From Gemmatimonadaceae bacterium (GTDB lineage Bacteria > Gemmatimonadota > Gemmatimonadetes > Gemmatimonadales > Gemmatimonadaceae), in NCBI GenBank assembly GCA_051859245.1, contig JBHYGA010000005.1, positions 577,313 through 641,312 on the forward strand: DNA of 64,000 bases, read 5' to 3'. Shown here piece after piece: positions 1 through 10,461 of this stretch (position 1 is the stretch's first letter; each line of letters begins with the position of its first letter). A program made the translations under genes and the position numbers. Under the pieces are notes generated by a model. It searched no databases and was not told the origin of the DNA. It saw nothing but the letters and a program-made list of their open reading frames with translations.

Positions 1-703
1 TCCGGGCAAGTTTGAGCAGGCCGATGGTGGCACGCTGTTTCTCGACGAAATCGGCGACATGGCGCTGTCGGCGCAGGCCAAGGTGTTGCGCGTGCTGCAA
101 GACGGCGTCGTCACACGTATTGGTGGCAACAAGCCGGTGCAGGTGAACGTGCGCGTGATCGCGGCCACGAACAAGGATCTCGAACGCGAAATCGCCGACG
201 GACGCTTTCGCGAAGATTTGTACTATCGATTGAACGTGGTGCCGATCGTGGTGCCGCCGTTGCGCGAACGCCGCGAAGATATTGAACCGCTCGTGGTGTA
301 TTTCCTGCAGCAGTTTGCGCAGCGTGACGGATTGCCGCGGCGCGGCATCAGCAACGAGGCGCTGGCGCGGCTTTCAGAGTTAGAGTGGGCGGGTAATGTG
401 CGTGAGCTGCGCAATACCGTTGAACGACTGGTAATTCTGGCGGCGGGGCCGCATATCGCCGCGAGTGATGTGGAGCGACTGGTTGGCAAGCGCGCGGTTG
501 AACCCAGTGGACTCGGTTCGCTGGCGGAATGTCGCACGTTTGAAGAGTTCAAGGATGCGGCGGAACGTGCGTTCCTGCTCGCCAAGTTGCGCGCGTTTGA
601 CTGGAATGTGTCGGAGACGGCGCGCGCGCTCGAAATGCCGCGCTCCAATTTGTACAAGAAGATTGAACGTTATTCCCTCTCTCGTGAGGCGACGCCGGCA
701 TGA
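1..703 (+). CDS. Sigma-54-dependent transcriptional activator (NtrC/NtrX family), 5'-truncated by the window
   Basis: Frame open from base 2: GKFEQADGGTLFLDEIGDM (Walker B), RVIAATN, FREDLYYRLNV, W-GNVREL, C-terminal Fis-type HTH. Confidence 0.95.
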   Translation, partial: PGKFEQADGGTLFLDEIGDMALSAQAKVLRVLQDGVVTRIGGNKPVQVNVRVIAATNKDLEREIADGRFREDLYYRLNVVPIVVPPLRERREDIEPLVVYFLQQFAQRDGLPRRGISNEALARLSELEWAGNVRELRNTVERLVILAAGPHIAASDVERLVGKRAVEPSGLGSLAECRTFEEFKDAAERAFLLAKLRAFDWNVSETARALEMPRSNLYKKIERYSLSREATPA

Positions 704-1266
704 GTACGCGCGACTGGGAGAAGGAGCTCGCGAAAATCGACAAACAGTTGGCGTCCATTCCAGACGAGGAGTTGGTTGCGGCCCCCACGCAACCGGGCAT
801 CGGCATGCCGCGCGGTGTGTCCGCACCGGCGCTCCGTGCGCCGGCGGCCTCGGCGCCTACGGTCGGCGTGTCGGGAGTGACGGGCAAAGCCAAAGCGTGG
901 GCGTTCACGAAACTCGCGCTCGCGGTGGCCGCCGGTGCGGCGATCTGGTTCTGGCCATGGCCGGCGCGCTGCGGGTTGCCGCTGGTCTATCTCGTTGCGG
1001 CGGGCGGCGGTGCGTCACTGCTTGGTGTGTGGAGCAGTGCCGGTACGTGGCGTTTGCGCATGGGGCGTGCGCACGTGTTATCGCTGCTTGTGATTGTGTC
1101 GGGCGCGGTGCTGATCGCGCGCGAAGTGTTGCCGCGTGTGGGCTACGCGCAGTCAACATTCGATCGTCCGGATCGGTGGTCGTGTCAGGCGGCGGCGCCT
1201 GCACCAGGCACCGCACCGCTCACTGAACCAGGCACGCCGGGATCCGCCGGCGCGCAGGGCGCCTAG
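700..1266 (+). CDS. Hypothetical membrane protein (about 3 TM segments)
   Basis: ATGA overlap with the upstream stop; RDWEKELAKID N-terminus, then hydrophobic segments. Confidence 0.75.
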   Translation: MSTRDWEKELAKIDKQLASIPDEELVAAPTQPGIGMPRGVSAPALRAPAASAPTVGVSGVTGKAKAWAFTKLALAVAAGAAIWFWPWPARCGLPLVYLVAAGGGASLLGVWSSAGTWRLRMGRAHVLSLLVIVSGAVLIAREVLPRVGYAQSTFDRPDRWSCQAAAPAPGTAPLTEPGTPGSAGAQGA

Positions 1267-1300
1267 TTGCTGTTTCTTTCTACTCGCACACCACTCGGTC

Positions 1301-2785
1301 ATGTCTGACTTCAAGAATTTCATTGGCGGCGCGTGGGTTGCGCCGTCGACGGGCGAATACTTCGAGAATCGCAATCCCGCCGATCAGCGCGACCTGGTCG
1401 GTCGTTTTCCGTTGTCGGGCGTAGACGATGTGCAGCGCGCGGTGGCCAGTGCCAAGCGTGGCTTTGAAGAATGGAAGCGCACGCCCGCACCAGCGCGTGG
1501 TGACGTGTTGCGTCGCGTGGGCGACTTGATGGCGGCGCGCAAGGAAGCACTCGCAGATCTCATGACGCGCGAGATGGGCAAGCCGCTCGCGGAAACGCGC
1601 GGCGATGTGCAGGAAGGCATCGACACGGCGTATTACGCGGCCACCGAAGGTCGTCGTCTGTTTGGACATACGGTTCCGAGTGAACTGCGCAACAAGTGGG
1701 CGATGAGCTTTCGCCGTCCGATTGGTGTGGCCGGGTTGATCACGCCGTTCAACTTCCCAATGGCGATCCCCACGTGGAAAATGTTTCCTGCGTTGTTGTG
1801 CGGAAACTCTGTGGTGTTCAAACCAGCGGAAGATGTGCCGCACGCCGGTCACGCGCTGGTGGAGATTCTGCTCGAAGCCGGCTTGCCGCCCGAAGTGATT
1901 CAGCTGGTGCACGGCATGGGTGAAGTGGTGGGCAAGGCGCTCGTGGATCATCCCGACGTGCCGCTGATTTCGTTCACCGGCAGCACGGAAACGGGACGGT
2001 TGGTTGGTGAAACGTGCGGTCGCATGCACAAGCGGTTGTCGCTCGAAATGGGCGGCAAGAACGCGCAGATCGTGCTCGACGATGCGGATCTCGATCTGGC
2101 GCTTGAGGGTGTGTTGTGGGGCGCGTTCGGCACCACGGGGCAACGTTGTACGGCCACCAGTCGTCTTATTCTGCAGGACGGCATTCACGATCAGTTTGTG
2201 GCGCGTCTTGTTGAGCGTGCGCGCGCGCTCAAGCTGGGGGACGGTCGTGTGGCGGGGACCGACGTGGGTCCGCTGGTGCATGAAGCGTCGCGGGCCAACG
2301 TTGCGCGGTATGTGGAGATTGGTCAGTCGGAAGGCGCAACGCTCGCGTGTGGCGGCGCGCGTCCAACGGATGCATCGCTGGCCCACGGTTTCTTTTTCGA
2401 GCCCACGATCTTTACCAACGTGCGTGCCGGTTCGCGTTTGGAGCAGGAAGAAATTTTTGGTCCGGTGTTATCGGTGATTCGTGTGAAGTCGGCGGAAGAA
2501 GCGTTCGCGGTGAACAACGGGGTGCGCTACGGCCTGTCGTCGTCGGTGTACACGCGTGATGTCACGGTGGCGTTCCGTGCCATGCAGGATCTGGACAACG
2601 GCATCACGTACGTGAACGCGCCCACGATTGGCGCCGAAGCGCACCTGCCATTTGGTGGTGTGAAGGAAACGGGCAACGGCCACCGTGAAGGCGGCTGGGA
2701 AGTGTACGAGTTCTATTCAGAAACCAAGGTTGGGTACGTGGATTATTCCGGCGCACTGCAGCGGGCGCAGATCGACAACTACTGA
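1301..2785 (+). CDS. Aldehyde dehydrogenase family protein
   Basis: [15 protein letters not shown], catalytic Glu in LEMGGKNA, catalytic Cys in GQRCTA, EEIFGP; start placed at ATG 1301. Confidence 0.95.
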   Translation: MSDFKNFIGGAWVAPSTGEYFENRNPADQRDLVGRFPLSGVDDVQRAVASAKRGFEEWKRTPAPARGDVLRRVGDLMAARKEALADLMTREMGKPLAETRGDVQEGIDTAYYAATEGRRLFGHTVPSELRNKWAMSFRRPIGVAGLITPFNFPMAIPTWKMFPALLCGNSVVFKPAEDVPHAGHALVEILLEAGLPPEVIQLVHGMGEVVGKALVDHPDVPLISFTGSTETGRLVGETCGRMHKRLSLEMGGKNAQIVLDDADLDLALEGVLWGAFGTTGQRCTATSRLILQDGIHDQFVARLVERARALKLGDGRVAGTDVGPLVHEASRANVARYVEIGQSEGATLACGGARPTDASLAHGFFFEPTIFTNVRAGSRLEQEEIFGPVLSVIRVKSAEEAFAVNNGVRYGLSSSVYTRDVTVAFRAMQDLDNGITYVNAPTIGAEAHLPFGGVKETGNGHREGGWEVYEFYSETKVGYVDYSGALQRAQIDNY

Positions 2786-2797
2786 GTTGTCGTTCGT

Positions 2798-2828
2798 CAA
2801 GTGGCGGAACGGGCCGTTTCGCCGCTTG
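2798..2828 (+). terminator. Stem-loop after the ALDH gene (possible terminator, no U-tract)
   Basis: caagtggcggaacg pairs with cgtttcgccgcttg, including two G-U pairs. Confidence 0.45.
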
Positions 2829-2892
2829 CGTCCCCCGGCGGCTTGCGATTGATTCCGTGTGGCAGTTCCCTCCCGCGTGGCGGTCGTTTGTC

Positions 2893-3828
2893 ATGGATCG
2901 TTCGAGCACATCGCATACAGAAGCACCGTCTTCAGACGTGTCCACGGACACGTCAGCCAACGGCGTATCCACAGCCACCGTGTCGAATGACGCGCTGTCT
3001 GCGGACAGCGTGAGCGAACACGCGTCGAACTCCGGCTCACGTTTTGCACCAGCGCCCGGCACGCTCTCAGCCGACGGCGAGCTGCGTGCGGCCGCACTGC
3101 GCGCGGCGAACAAGCGCGCGTCGCGGCTGCACTTTGGCTGGTTCTTTGACTGGATGCGCATTTTCCCCGCCGCGATTGCGTTGTTCCTCGTGTTGCGCGC
3201 GGTACTCGTTGAGGCGTACAAGATTCCATCGGGCAGCATGGAGAGCACGCTGCTCGTTGGTGATTTCCTGTTAGTGAACAAGCTGGTGTATGGCGCCACC
3301 ATTCCGCTCACCAGTTTGCGCCTGCCGGCCGTGCGCGAACTGCGGCGCGGTGATGTGGTGGTGTTCGAATGGCCCGTCGATCAGTCCAAGAACTTTGTGA
3401 AGCGGCTCGTTGCGCTGCCGGGTGATACTGTGGCGATGCAGCAAGGCGTGCTCATGCTCAACGGCGTGGAGCAAGACGAGCGCTACGTGGTGCACACCGA
3501 TCCCGGCATGGATCCCGTGGCTGAGGACTTCCGTTGGCAGCGCAGCTATCTCGTGCGCACGGCCAGTGCGGCGCAGACGCCTCCGGCACGTGGGTATCGT
3601 CCGTCGCGCAACAATTGGGGACCACTCGTTGTGCCCGACGGACACTTCTTCGCACTTGGCGACAATCGCGACAACTCGCTCGACAGTCGCTACTGGGGAT
3701 TTGTGCCCGATTCGCTGGTGCGTGGCACTCCCATGCTGGTGTACTACAGTTACGTCCCTGATTCCACAACGTCCGCATCCTGGCTCACCAACATTCGATG
3801 GAGGCGGCTTGGAGAGCGCATCCGCTGA
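2893..3828 (+). CDS. lepB: Signal peptidase I
   Basis: IPSGSME (Ser), FVKR (Lys), GDNRDNSLDSRYWG; single TM anchor; start uncertain. Confidence 0.95.
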   Translation: MDRSSTSHTEAPSSDVSTDTSANGVSTATVSNDALSADSVSEHASNSGSRFAPAPGTLSADGELRAAALRAANKRASRLHFGWFFDWMRIFPAAIALFLVLRAVLVEAYKIPSGSMESTLLVGDFLLVNKLVYGATIPLTSLRLPAVRELRRGDVVVFEWPVDQSKNFVKRLVALPGDTVAMQQGVLMLNGVEQDERYVVHTDPGMDPVAEDFRWQRSYLVRTASAAQTPPARGYRPSRNNWGPLVVPDGHFFALGDNRDNSLDSRYWGFVPDSLVRGTPMLVYYSYVPDSTTSASWLTNIRWRRLGERIR

Positions 3829-3874
3829 GCTGCCGACACGTGCGATCGCTGACTCTCTTTCCGTACCCACGTTG

Positions 3875-4810
3875 ATGACGGCTCGTGATTCTGCTGTGCC
3901 TGCGCCGCGACCGGCCAGGGCCGATGGGGCGCTGCCACGCGCCAAAGCAACCAACGGCGTGCCGGGTCGCAAGCGTACCTCGCTCGATGACGGCTCGCTC
4001 GACCAGTATCTGCGCGACATCAGCAAGTACCCGCTGATCTCGCGAGAAGACGAAGCAGATCTCGCGCGCCGCATTCGCACCGGCGACAGCGAAGCGCTCG
4101 ACAAACTCGTTCGGTCGAATCTGCGGTTCGTGGTGTCAGTCGCCAAGAAATATCAGAATCAGGGCGTGTCGCTCTCCGATCTGATCAACGAGGGCAACCT
4201 CGGTCTCATCCGCGCCGGTCACAAGTTCGACGAGACCAAGGGCATCAAGTTTATTTCCTACGCCGTGTGGTGGATCCGGCAGGCGATTCTGCAAGCGTTG
4301 GCGGAGCAGTCGCGCATTGTGCGTGTGCCACTCAATAGGGCCGGCACGCTGCACCGCATCGGCAAGCGTGCCAGTGCGCTGCTGCAGGAGCTGGGCCGAG
4401 AGGCTACGCACGCCGAAATCGCGGAAGGGATGGACATCACCGAAGAAGAAGTCGCGAAAACGATGTCCATTTCGCAGGTGCATCTCTCGCTCGATGCGCC
4501 GCTCACGCCGGGCGAGGACAACCGGCTGCTCGACTACCTCGCGGACACCGTCAGCCCCACCCCCGACGAGCAGACCATCGAGAAGGCGCTCACCCAGGCC
4601 ATTGAAGACTCCCTGGGCTCCCTCAAGGAGCGCGAGGCGAAGATTCTCCGGCTATACTTCGGGCTGGATGTGCACGAGCCAATGACTCTCGAAGAGATCG
4701 GAGCGTTGCTCGGCATCACCCGTGAGCGGGTGCGGCAGATCAAGGAGAAGGCGCTGTCGCGCCTGCGCCACGTCAGCCGCGCGCGAGCGCTCGAGAGCTT
4801 CCTCGGCTGA
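3875..4810 (+). CDS. Sigma-70 family RNA polymerase sigma factor, RpoD-like but lacking region 1.1
   Basis: Region 1.2 LDQYLRDI, NLRFVVSVAKKY, DLINEGNLGL, YAVWWIRQAI, region 4.2 TRERVRQIKEKAL. Confidence 0.93.
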   Translation: MTARDSAVPAPRPARADGALPRAKATNGVPGRKRTSLDDGSLDQYLRDISKYPLISREDEADLARRIRTGDSEALDKLVRSNLRFVVSVAKKYQNQGVSLSDLINEGNLGLIRAGHKFDETKGIKFISYAVWWIRQAILQALAEQSRIVRVPLNRAGTLHRIGKRASALLQELGREATHAEIAEGMDITEEEVAKTMSISQVHLSLDAPLTPGEDNRLLDYLADTVSPTPDEQTIEKALTQAIEDSLGSLKEREAKILRLYFGLDVHEPMTLEEIGALLGITRERVRQIKEKALSRLRHVSRARALESFLG

Positions 4811-4825
4811 TTCTCGGTATTTCGT

Positions 4826-5326
4826 ATGGCTTCTACATATTCGTTCGACGTGACCACCGGTGTCGACCTCCAGGAGGTCGACAACGCCATCAATCAGGCG
4901 CAAAAAGAAGTGGCGCAGCGCTACGACTTCAAAGGCTCCAAGGCGGCGGTGGAGTTCAAGCGCGCTGAGGCCCGTCTGGATCTCGTGGCCGACAGCGACT
5001 TTCAGATGCACCAGCTGTTCGACGTGGTGCAGACCAAGCTGATCAAGCGCGGAATTCCGGTCAAGAATCTGGATATCGGCGACATCAAACCCGCCGGCGG
5101 TGACACCGTGAAGCGCGAGATCAAGCTTAAGACGGAACTCGATGGCGAGACGTCGAAGAAGGTCACAGCGGCGATCAAAGGCGCAAAGCTGAAAAAAGTG
5201 CAGGTGTCGATTCAGGGCGAGCAGGTGCGCGTGACGTCGCCTTCGAAAGACGATTTGCAGGAAGCGATTCAGTTCCTGCGCGGCGAAGATTTTGGCGTCG
5301 AGTTGTTGTTCGGCAACTTCCGCTGA
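4826..5326 (+). CDS. yajQ: YajQ family nucleotide-binding protein
   Basis: SFDV...DLQEVDNAINQA.KE..QRYDFKGS; IQGEQVRV; DDLQ; C-terminal NFR. Confidence 0.95.
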   Translation: MASTYSFDVTTGVDLQEVDNAINQAQKEVAQRYDFKGSKAAVEFKRAEARLDLVADSDFQMHQLFDVVQTKLIKRGIPVKNLDIGDIKPAGGDTVKREIKLKTELDGETSKKVTAAIKGAKLKKVQVSIQGEQVRVTSPSKDDLQEAIQFLRGEDFGVELLFGNFR

Positions 5327-5334
5327 GCCGCGGT

Positions 5335-6750
5335 ATGCGTTTCTCAGTCCTGACGCTCGGCTGTGACAAGAACACAGTCGACTCCGAACGCTATCGCGCG
5401 GATCTCGTAGCCCATGGTGGTGAATCAGTTGACGATGCATCCGAAGCGGATGTCATCATCGTCAACACGTGCGGCTTCATTGACGCCGCGAAGAAAGAAT
5501 CACTCGACACGATTCTCGAGGCGGCGCGCCTGAAAGATGACGGCACGGTACAAGCCGTCTTCGCCGTTGGCTGCATGGTGGAGCGCCACAAGAGCGAGCT
5601 GCAGGAGGCGTTGCCTGAGGTGGATGTATTCCTCGGCACGAGCGAAGCGGATCAGCTGGTACCGGAACTCGTATCGCGTGGCCTGCTCTTTGGGTCGTTG
5701 GTTGAGCACCCCGGCGTGCGATTGTTCGCGGGAGATCAGCCGGCGGTGCGTTATCTCAAGGTGAGCGAAGGGTGTGATCACGGCTGCGCGTTCTGTGCGA
5801 TTCCGCTCATGCGCGGAAAGCATCGTTCGTTTGCGCTTGATGATGTCGTGCGTGAAGCGCAGCTGCTCGAAATGCAGGGCGCGCGCGAAGTGAATCTTGT
5901 GGCGCAGGATCTGGCGCACTACGGCCGTGATCGTCGTGATGGCAACGGATTGCCGGAGTTGCTCGAGGCGTTGCTGCGTGAAACCACGTTGCCGTGGATC
6001 CGGCTGCTGTATTTGTATGGCGCCGGAATTACGCCGCGCTTGCTGCAGGTGATTGCCGATAATCCGCGCATCGTGCGCTACCTCGACATGCCCATGCAGC
6101 ACGGACATGACGCGGTGCTGGCGCGCATGCGTCGGCCAGAGCGCGCGCAGCTGCTGCGCGACAAAGTGGCGATGTACCGGCAGGTGGTGCCGGATCTTGC
6201 GATTCGCACTACGGTGATTGTTGGATTTCCGGGCGAGACCGACGAGGAGTTTGACGCGCTGTTCGCGTTACTCGAAGAACTGCGTTTTGATCGCGTTGGC
6301 GTGTTCACGTATTCGCCGCAGGAGGGCACCAAGGGTGCGCTGCTCGACGACAATGTGCCCGAGTCAACCAAGTTGGAACGCCAGGAGCGGCTCTACGAAC
6401 TGCAGCGTGCGATTACCGCCGAGCAGTACGAACGTTTCCTCGGTCGCGATGCGTGCGTGTTAGTGCAGCGCGTGGACGAGACGGAAGGCTACGTGGAAGC
6501 ACGTGCACCGTGGCAGGCCGATGATGTCGACGGAGTGGTGCACGTGGATGTACCACTCGACGTCGCGAAGGGGCTGACGGTGGGCAGCTTTTTGAATGTC
6601 ACGATTGAAGATGTTGTGGACGACTATGATTTCAGCGCGATTTTTCTGAGCGTGGCTGAACGCGCGGAGCGGGCCAGCGACACCGTCGCGAAGGGCCGAG
6701 TGCTTCCGATCACCTTTCTGCCCAGCAGTGTTGGGAGCTTTGGCCGATGA
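5335..6750 (+). CDS. rimO: Ribosomal protein S12 methylthiotransferase
   Basis: LGCDKNTVD, NTCGFI, GCM, radical SAM motif CDHGCAFC, IVGFPGET, C-terminal TRAM-like region. Confidence 0.93.
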   Translation: MRFSVLTLGCDKNTVDSERYRADLVAHGGESVDDASEADVIIVNTCGFIDAAKKESLDTILEAARLKDDGTVQAVFAVGCMVERHKSELQEALPEVDVFLGTSEADQLVPELVSRGLLFGSLVEHPGVRLFAGDQPAVRYLKVSEGCDHGCAFCAIPLMRGKHRSFALDDVVREAQLLEMQGAREVNLVAQDLAHYGRDRRDGNGLPELLEALLRETTLPWIRLLYLYGAGITPRLLQVIADNPRIVRYLDMPMQHGHDAVLARMRRPERAQLLRDKVAMYRQVVPDLAIRTTVIVGFPGETDEEFDALFALLEELRFDRVGVFTYSPQEGTKGALLDDNVPESTKLERQERLYELQRAITAEQYERFLGRDACVLVQRVDETEGYVEARAPWQADDVDGVVHVDVPLDVAKGLTVGSFLNVTIEDVVDDYDFSAIFLSVAERAERASDTVAKGRVLPITFLPSSVGSFGR

Positions 6751-8081
6751 CCTCCACGTCGCTTCCCGATTCAATTGACGCGTTGTACAACACAACACGT
6801 TCGCAGGAGATCATGGCGCGCTCGCGCACACGATTTCCGGGTGGTGTGAACTCACCGGTACGTGCGTTCGGTGGCGTGGGCGGCGAGCCGTTTGTCGTGG
6901 CACGCGGCAAGGGCGCGCGCATCTGGGATGTGGATGACAACGAGTACATCGACTACGTGCTCTCGTGGGGCCCGCTGGTGCTCGGCCACGCGCCCGATGT
7001 GGTGCTTGAGGCGCTGCGCGACGTGATGCAGCACGGCACGAGCTTTGGTATCCCAACCGGTCTGGAGCTGGAGCTCGCGGAGAAAATCGCCGAACGCATG
7101 CCGCATCTTGAGATGATGCGGTTCGTTTCGAGCGGTACGGAAGCGGCCATGAGTGTTGCGCGGCTGGCGCGTGCTGTCACAGGGCGCGATCACCTGCTCA
7201 AGTTCGAAGGGTGCTACCACGGTCATGCCGACAGCTTTCTGGTGAAAGCCGGATCGGGCGTGGCCACGCTCGGTTTGCCCAACTCGCCTGGCGTGCCAGA
7301 CGCGTTGGCTCAACTCACGCTGACCTGCGCCTACAATGATCTCGAAGCGGTGGAGCGAATCGCGCGCAGCGTGCCTCTGGCCGCCATTTTGCTCGAGCCG
7401 ATCGTTGGCAACGGTGGGTATATCGAGCCGGTGCCGGGCTTCATTGAGGGACTGCGGCGCATTGCTGACGAAACGGGCGCGTTGCTCGTCTTTGATGAAG
7501 TTATGACCGGCTTCCGCATTGCATTTGGTGGCGCGCGCGAGCGCTTTGGTGTGACCCCCGACCTGACCGCACTCGGCAAGGTGATTGGGGGCGGTTTGCC
7601 CGTGGCCGCATACGGCGGATCACGCGCGATCATGGAACGCATTGCGCCCACAGGTCCGGTGTATCAGGCGGGCACGCTGTCGGGTAATCCGCTCGCCATG
7701 GCGGGAGGGCTCGCGACGCTTGGCGCGTTGACGCGTGACGTTCACGACAGCATCACCGCGCGCACCGGGCAGCTGGTTGACGGTCTGCGCGAAATGGCGT
7801 CGCGTCATGGCGTGCCGTTTCGTGCGTCGCACAGCGGCTCGATGTGGGGGTTCTTCTTCAAGGACGAACCCGTCACGAACTTCGACGAAGCCAAGACGTC
7901 GGACACGGCGCTGTTCAAGCGGTTCTTTCACGCCGCACGTGCGCGCGGCGTGTACCTCGCGCCGTCGGCGTTCGAAGCGGCGTTTATGTCGGCGGCCCAC
8001 GGCGCGGCAGAAGTGGCGAGCACGCTCGAACGACTGGATGACGCGATGCGCGTGGCCACGTCCACCACATTGAGCGGGTGA
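6747..8081 (+). CDS. hemL: Glutamate-1-semialdehyde 2,1-aminomutase
   Basis: PGGVNSPVRAF, GCYHGH, FDEVMTGFR, PLP lysine in GKVIGGGLP, YQAGTLSGNP. Confidence 0.97.
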   Translation: MTSTSLPDSIDALYNTTRSQEIMARSRTRFPGGVNSPVRAFGGVGGEPFVVARGKGARIWDVDDNEYIDYVLSWGPLVLGHAPDVVLEALRDVMQHGTSFGIPTGLELELAEKIAERMPHLEMMRFVSSGTEAAMSVARLARAVTGRDHLLKFEGCYHGHADSFLVKAGSGVATLGLPNSPGVPDALAQLTLTCAYNDLEAVERIARSVPLAAILLEPIVGNGGYIEPVPGFIEGLRRIADETGALLVFDEVMTGFRIAFGGARERFGVTPDLTALGKVIGGGLPVAAYGGSRAIMERIAPTGPVYQAGTLSGNPLAMAGGLATLGALTRDVHDSITARTGQLVDGLREMASRHGVPFRASHSGSMWGFFFKDEPVTNFDEAKTSDTALFKRFFHAARARGVYLAPSAFEAAFMSAAHGAAEVASTLERLDDAMRVATSTTLSG

Positions 8082-8082
8082 C

Positions 8083-9408
8083 ATGATTCGCCGCGCACGC
8101 GCGCTGATGGCCGCAGTCCTTGGCCTCTCGGCTGTGGTTGCGGCGTCCTGCACGCCACGCGCGGCGCTGGATCAGCGCGCGGCGGCTCCCGACGCCGCGC
8201 CAGTGGTGTCGGATTCTGCGGCCGCCATTCTCGATGTGGGTGATCGTGTGGCCTGGATCGCGCTTGCGGGCGCACTCGAGACCGCGTCGATCTCGGCGGT
8301 CGGCGCGTTCGAGGTGCTTGAGCAGGGTGGCAAACGCTCGTTGGTGCGTGGCGTTGGTGGCGAAGCATGGCGCGTGGAGCAGCGCGGGCAGACGCTCCGC
8401 GTTGCGGGATCGCGTGGTGACGCCACACCGTGGCGCGCCGGACCGCTTGTCGTGCGCACACGCGATGTGCGGTCTGTTGTGCAGCACGAGAATCGGCGCT
8501 ATCGCGGCGAACTCTGGATTTCGGTGACCGATACCGGACTGCTCGTGGTCAATCGTGTGCCCGTCGAAGACTATTTGCGCGGCGTGGTTCCGCTTGAGCT
8601 GGGCACACGCAATCCGATTGACGCCGCCGCGCTGCAGGCGCAGGCCGTGGCGGCCCGCAGTTACACGTACATGCGTGTGCCGGCGCAGGAGGTGGTGCCG
8701 GCCAGTGGGTACCACATGACGGCCACCGTGCTGCATCAGGTGTATGGCGGGCAGGCCGTGGAGCACGCCGTGGTGGACCAGGCAATCGCGGCCACCAGCG
8801 GCCTGGTATTGCGCTATAACGGCGCCGTGGTGGACGGTCCGTACTCCTCGAGCTGCGGAGGGCGATCGGCGCTGCCAAGCGAGGTGTGGCGAGGGGGGCA
8901 CGACCATGGCTACCTCAAGAGCGTGAGCGACACCGACCGCACCACCGGCCGAGCCTACTGCGACATTTCTCCGCGACACGCGTGGGCCGCAACGTTCGAT
9001 GAGCCGTTGCTGCGACAGGCGATTGTGCGCCATCTGGGAGCGCGCGGCTCGAGCGGCACCACTGCGCCGCAGGTGGCGGCCGTGAGCGTTGGCACACGCA
9101 CGCCGAGCGGTCGTGTGGGCACGCTCGTGGTGCGCACGGACCGCGGCACGGTGACGCTCAACGGTCACGATATTCGCAACGCGTTTCGCGATGCGCGTGG
9201 CGCGATTTTGTCCAGCACGTATTTTGATGTAGACAAACAAACGCGAGTTGGCGAGCGGGTGTCCGCGGTGGTCCTGCGTGGGGCCGGAAACGGACATGGG
9301 GTGGGGATGTGCCAGTGGGGGGCGATCGGTCGTGCGCGGGCAGGCCACGATGTGCGGGCGATCTTGCGCCACTATTATCCCGGAACCGTCGTCGGCTTCG
9401 CTGAATGA
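8083..9408 (+). CDS. SpoIID/LytB domain lipoprotein (lytic transglycosylase-like)
   Basis: Lipobox-like VAASC; YRG, EDYLRGVVPLE, ALQAQAVAARSY, QVYGG, GHGVGMCQWGA, ILRHYYPG. Confidence 0.93.
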   Translation: MIRRARALMAAVLGLSAVVAASCTPRAALDQRAAAPDAAPVVSDSAAAILDVGDRVAWIALAGALETASISAVGAFEVLEQGGKRSLVRGVGGEAWRVEQRGQTLRVAGSRGDATPWRAGPLVVRTRDVRSVVQHENRRYRGELWISVTDTGLLVVNRVPVEDYLRGVVPLELGTRNPIDAAALQAQAVAARSYTYMRVPAQEVVPASGYHMTATVLHQVYGGQAVEHAVVDQAIAATSGLVLRYNGAVVDGPYSSSCGGRSALPSEVWRGGHDHGYLKSVSDTDRTTGRAYCDISPRHAWAATFDEPLLRQAIVRHLGARGSSGTTAPQVAAVSVGTRTPSGRVGTLVVRTDRGTVTLNGHDIRNAFRDARGAILSSTYFDVDKQTRVGERVSAVVLRGAGNGHGVGMCQWGAIGRARAGHDVRAILRHYYPGTVVGFAE

Positions 9409-9456
9409 CCGACTGGCGATCGTCGATCGCCATGTGACGTGACTTTCGGAGGCGGA

Positions 9457-10461
9457 ATGAAGGACGCGGTGCGCATCGCAGTGGTAGGAACGGGCGCTAT
9501 CGCCCAGCTCACGCACATTCCTGTGCTGTCGAAGATGAAGGGTGCACAGCTGGTGGCGCTGTGCGACAACGACGGCCCCAAAGCGCGCGCGTTGGCGGAT
9601 CGCTTTGATATTCCCGACGTCTTCACCGACTTCGAGGAGTTGCTCGACTCCGACGTACTGGATGCCGTCGTGATTGCGACGCCCAATCACCTGCACGAAC
9701 CGCACGTGCTGAGTGCGTTGCGTAAAAAGTTGCACGTGCTCGTGGAGCGTCCGCTCGCGTTGACGGTGCGAGGGCTGGAGCGCTGCCTTGCGGCTGCTAC
9801 CAAACACGATCTCGTGCTGCAGGTGGCGCACAATCATCGCTTCCGCTCCGATGTGCAGGCGCTGTCGCAGTTTCTGCGCAACGGCGAACTCGGTGCACTG
9901 ACGTCGGTGCGCGCCGGTGCGCTGCAGGTGGAGCGTCCCGGAGATGGCTGGCGCGGACGCAAGACGGAAGCGGGCGGCGGTGTGTTTCTCGATCAGGGTT
10001 TTCCGCTGCTCGATCTGGCACTGTGGCTGGCCGATTTTCCGGCGCCGGTTCGCATCAGCGCGCAGTCTCGGAAAGGCAAGGGTGCCAATGCCACCGAAGT
10101 GGCGATGCAGCTCTTTCTTGAGTGCGAAGGTGGGATCAGTCTGATCCTCGATGTGTCATGGGCCTACGTGGGCGAAGAAGATCGCTGGTGGTTCGAAGTG
10201 CACGGAAGCAAAGGCTCTGGTCGATTGGCGCCGCTGCGTGTGGTCAAGGACATCAACGGTCGTCATGTGAACGTGTCGCCGTCGGGTGCAGCGGCGCGCG
10301 AGAGTCCGTTTCTGCAGAGTTACCGCGCCGAGCTCGCGCACTTCATTGCGATGGTGCAGGGTGACGTGCCGCGCAAGCTGCCGACCGAACAACTCATTGT
10401 GCATCGCGTGCTTGATGCGGCGTACAAGGCGGCGGAAGACGGTCGCGAGGTGCGGTTCTGA
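9457..10461 (+). CDS. Gfo/Idh/MocA family oxidoreductase
   Basis: Rossmann motif VVGTGAIA, IATPNHLH, HVLVERP (EKP variant), GGGVFLD; GGAGG RBS. Confidence 0.9.
   Translation: MKDAVRIAVVGTGAIAQLTHIPVLSKMKGAQLVALCDNDGPKARALADRFDIPDVFTDFEELLDSDVLDAVVIATPNHLHEPHVLSALRKKLHVLVERPLALTVRGLERCLAAATKHDLVLQVAHNHRFRSDVQALSQFLRNGELGALTSVRAGALQVERPGDGWRGRKTEAGGGVFLDQGFPLLDLALWLADFPAPVRISAQSRKGKGANATEVAMQLFLECEGGISLILDVSWAYVGEEDRWWFEVHGSKGSGRLAPLRVVKDINGRHVNVSPSGAAARESPFLQSYRAELAHFIAMVQGDVPRKLPTEQLIVHRVLDAAYKAAEDGREVRF

Noticed and set aside
8083..9408. SpoIID gene as evidence of sporulation
   Set aside because: SpoIID/LytB homologs are widespread in non-sporulating diderms; no other sporulation genes in the window
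7984..9837. Long antisense and alternate-frame ORFs (e.g. 617 aa here; also 29320-30912, 31009-32469 and the 5' part of 57481-58923)
   Set aside because: Shadow ORFs of GC-rich genes, with no recognisable motifs
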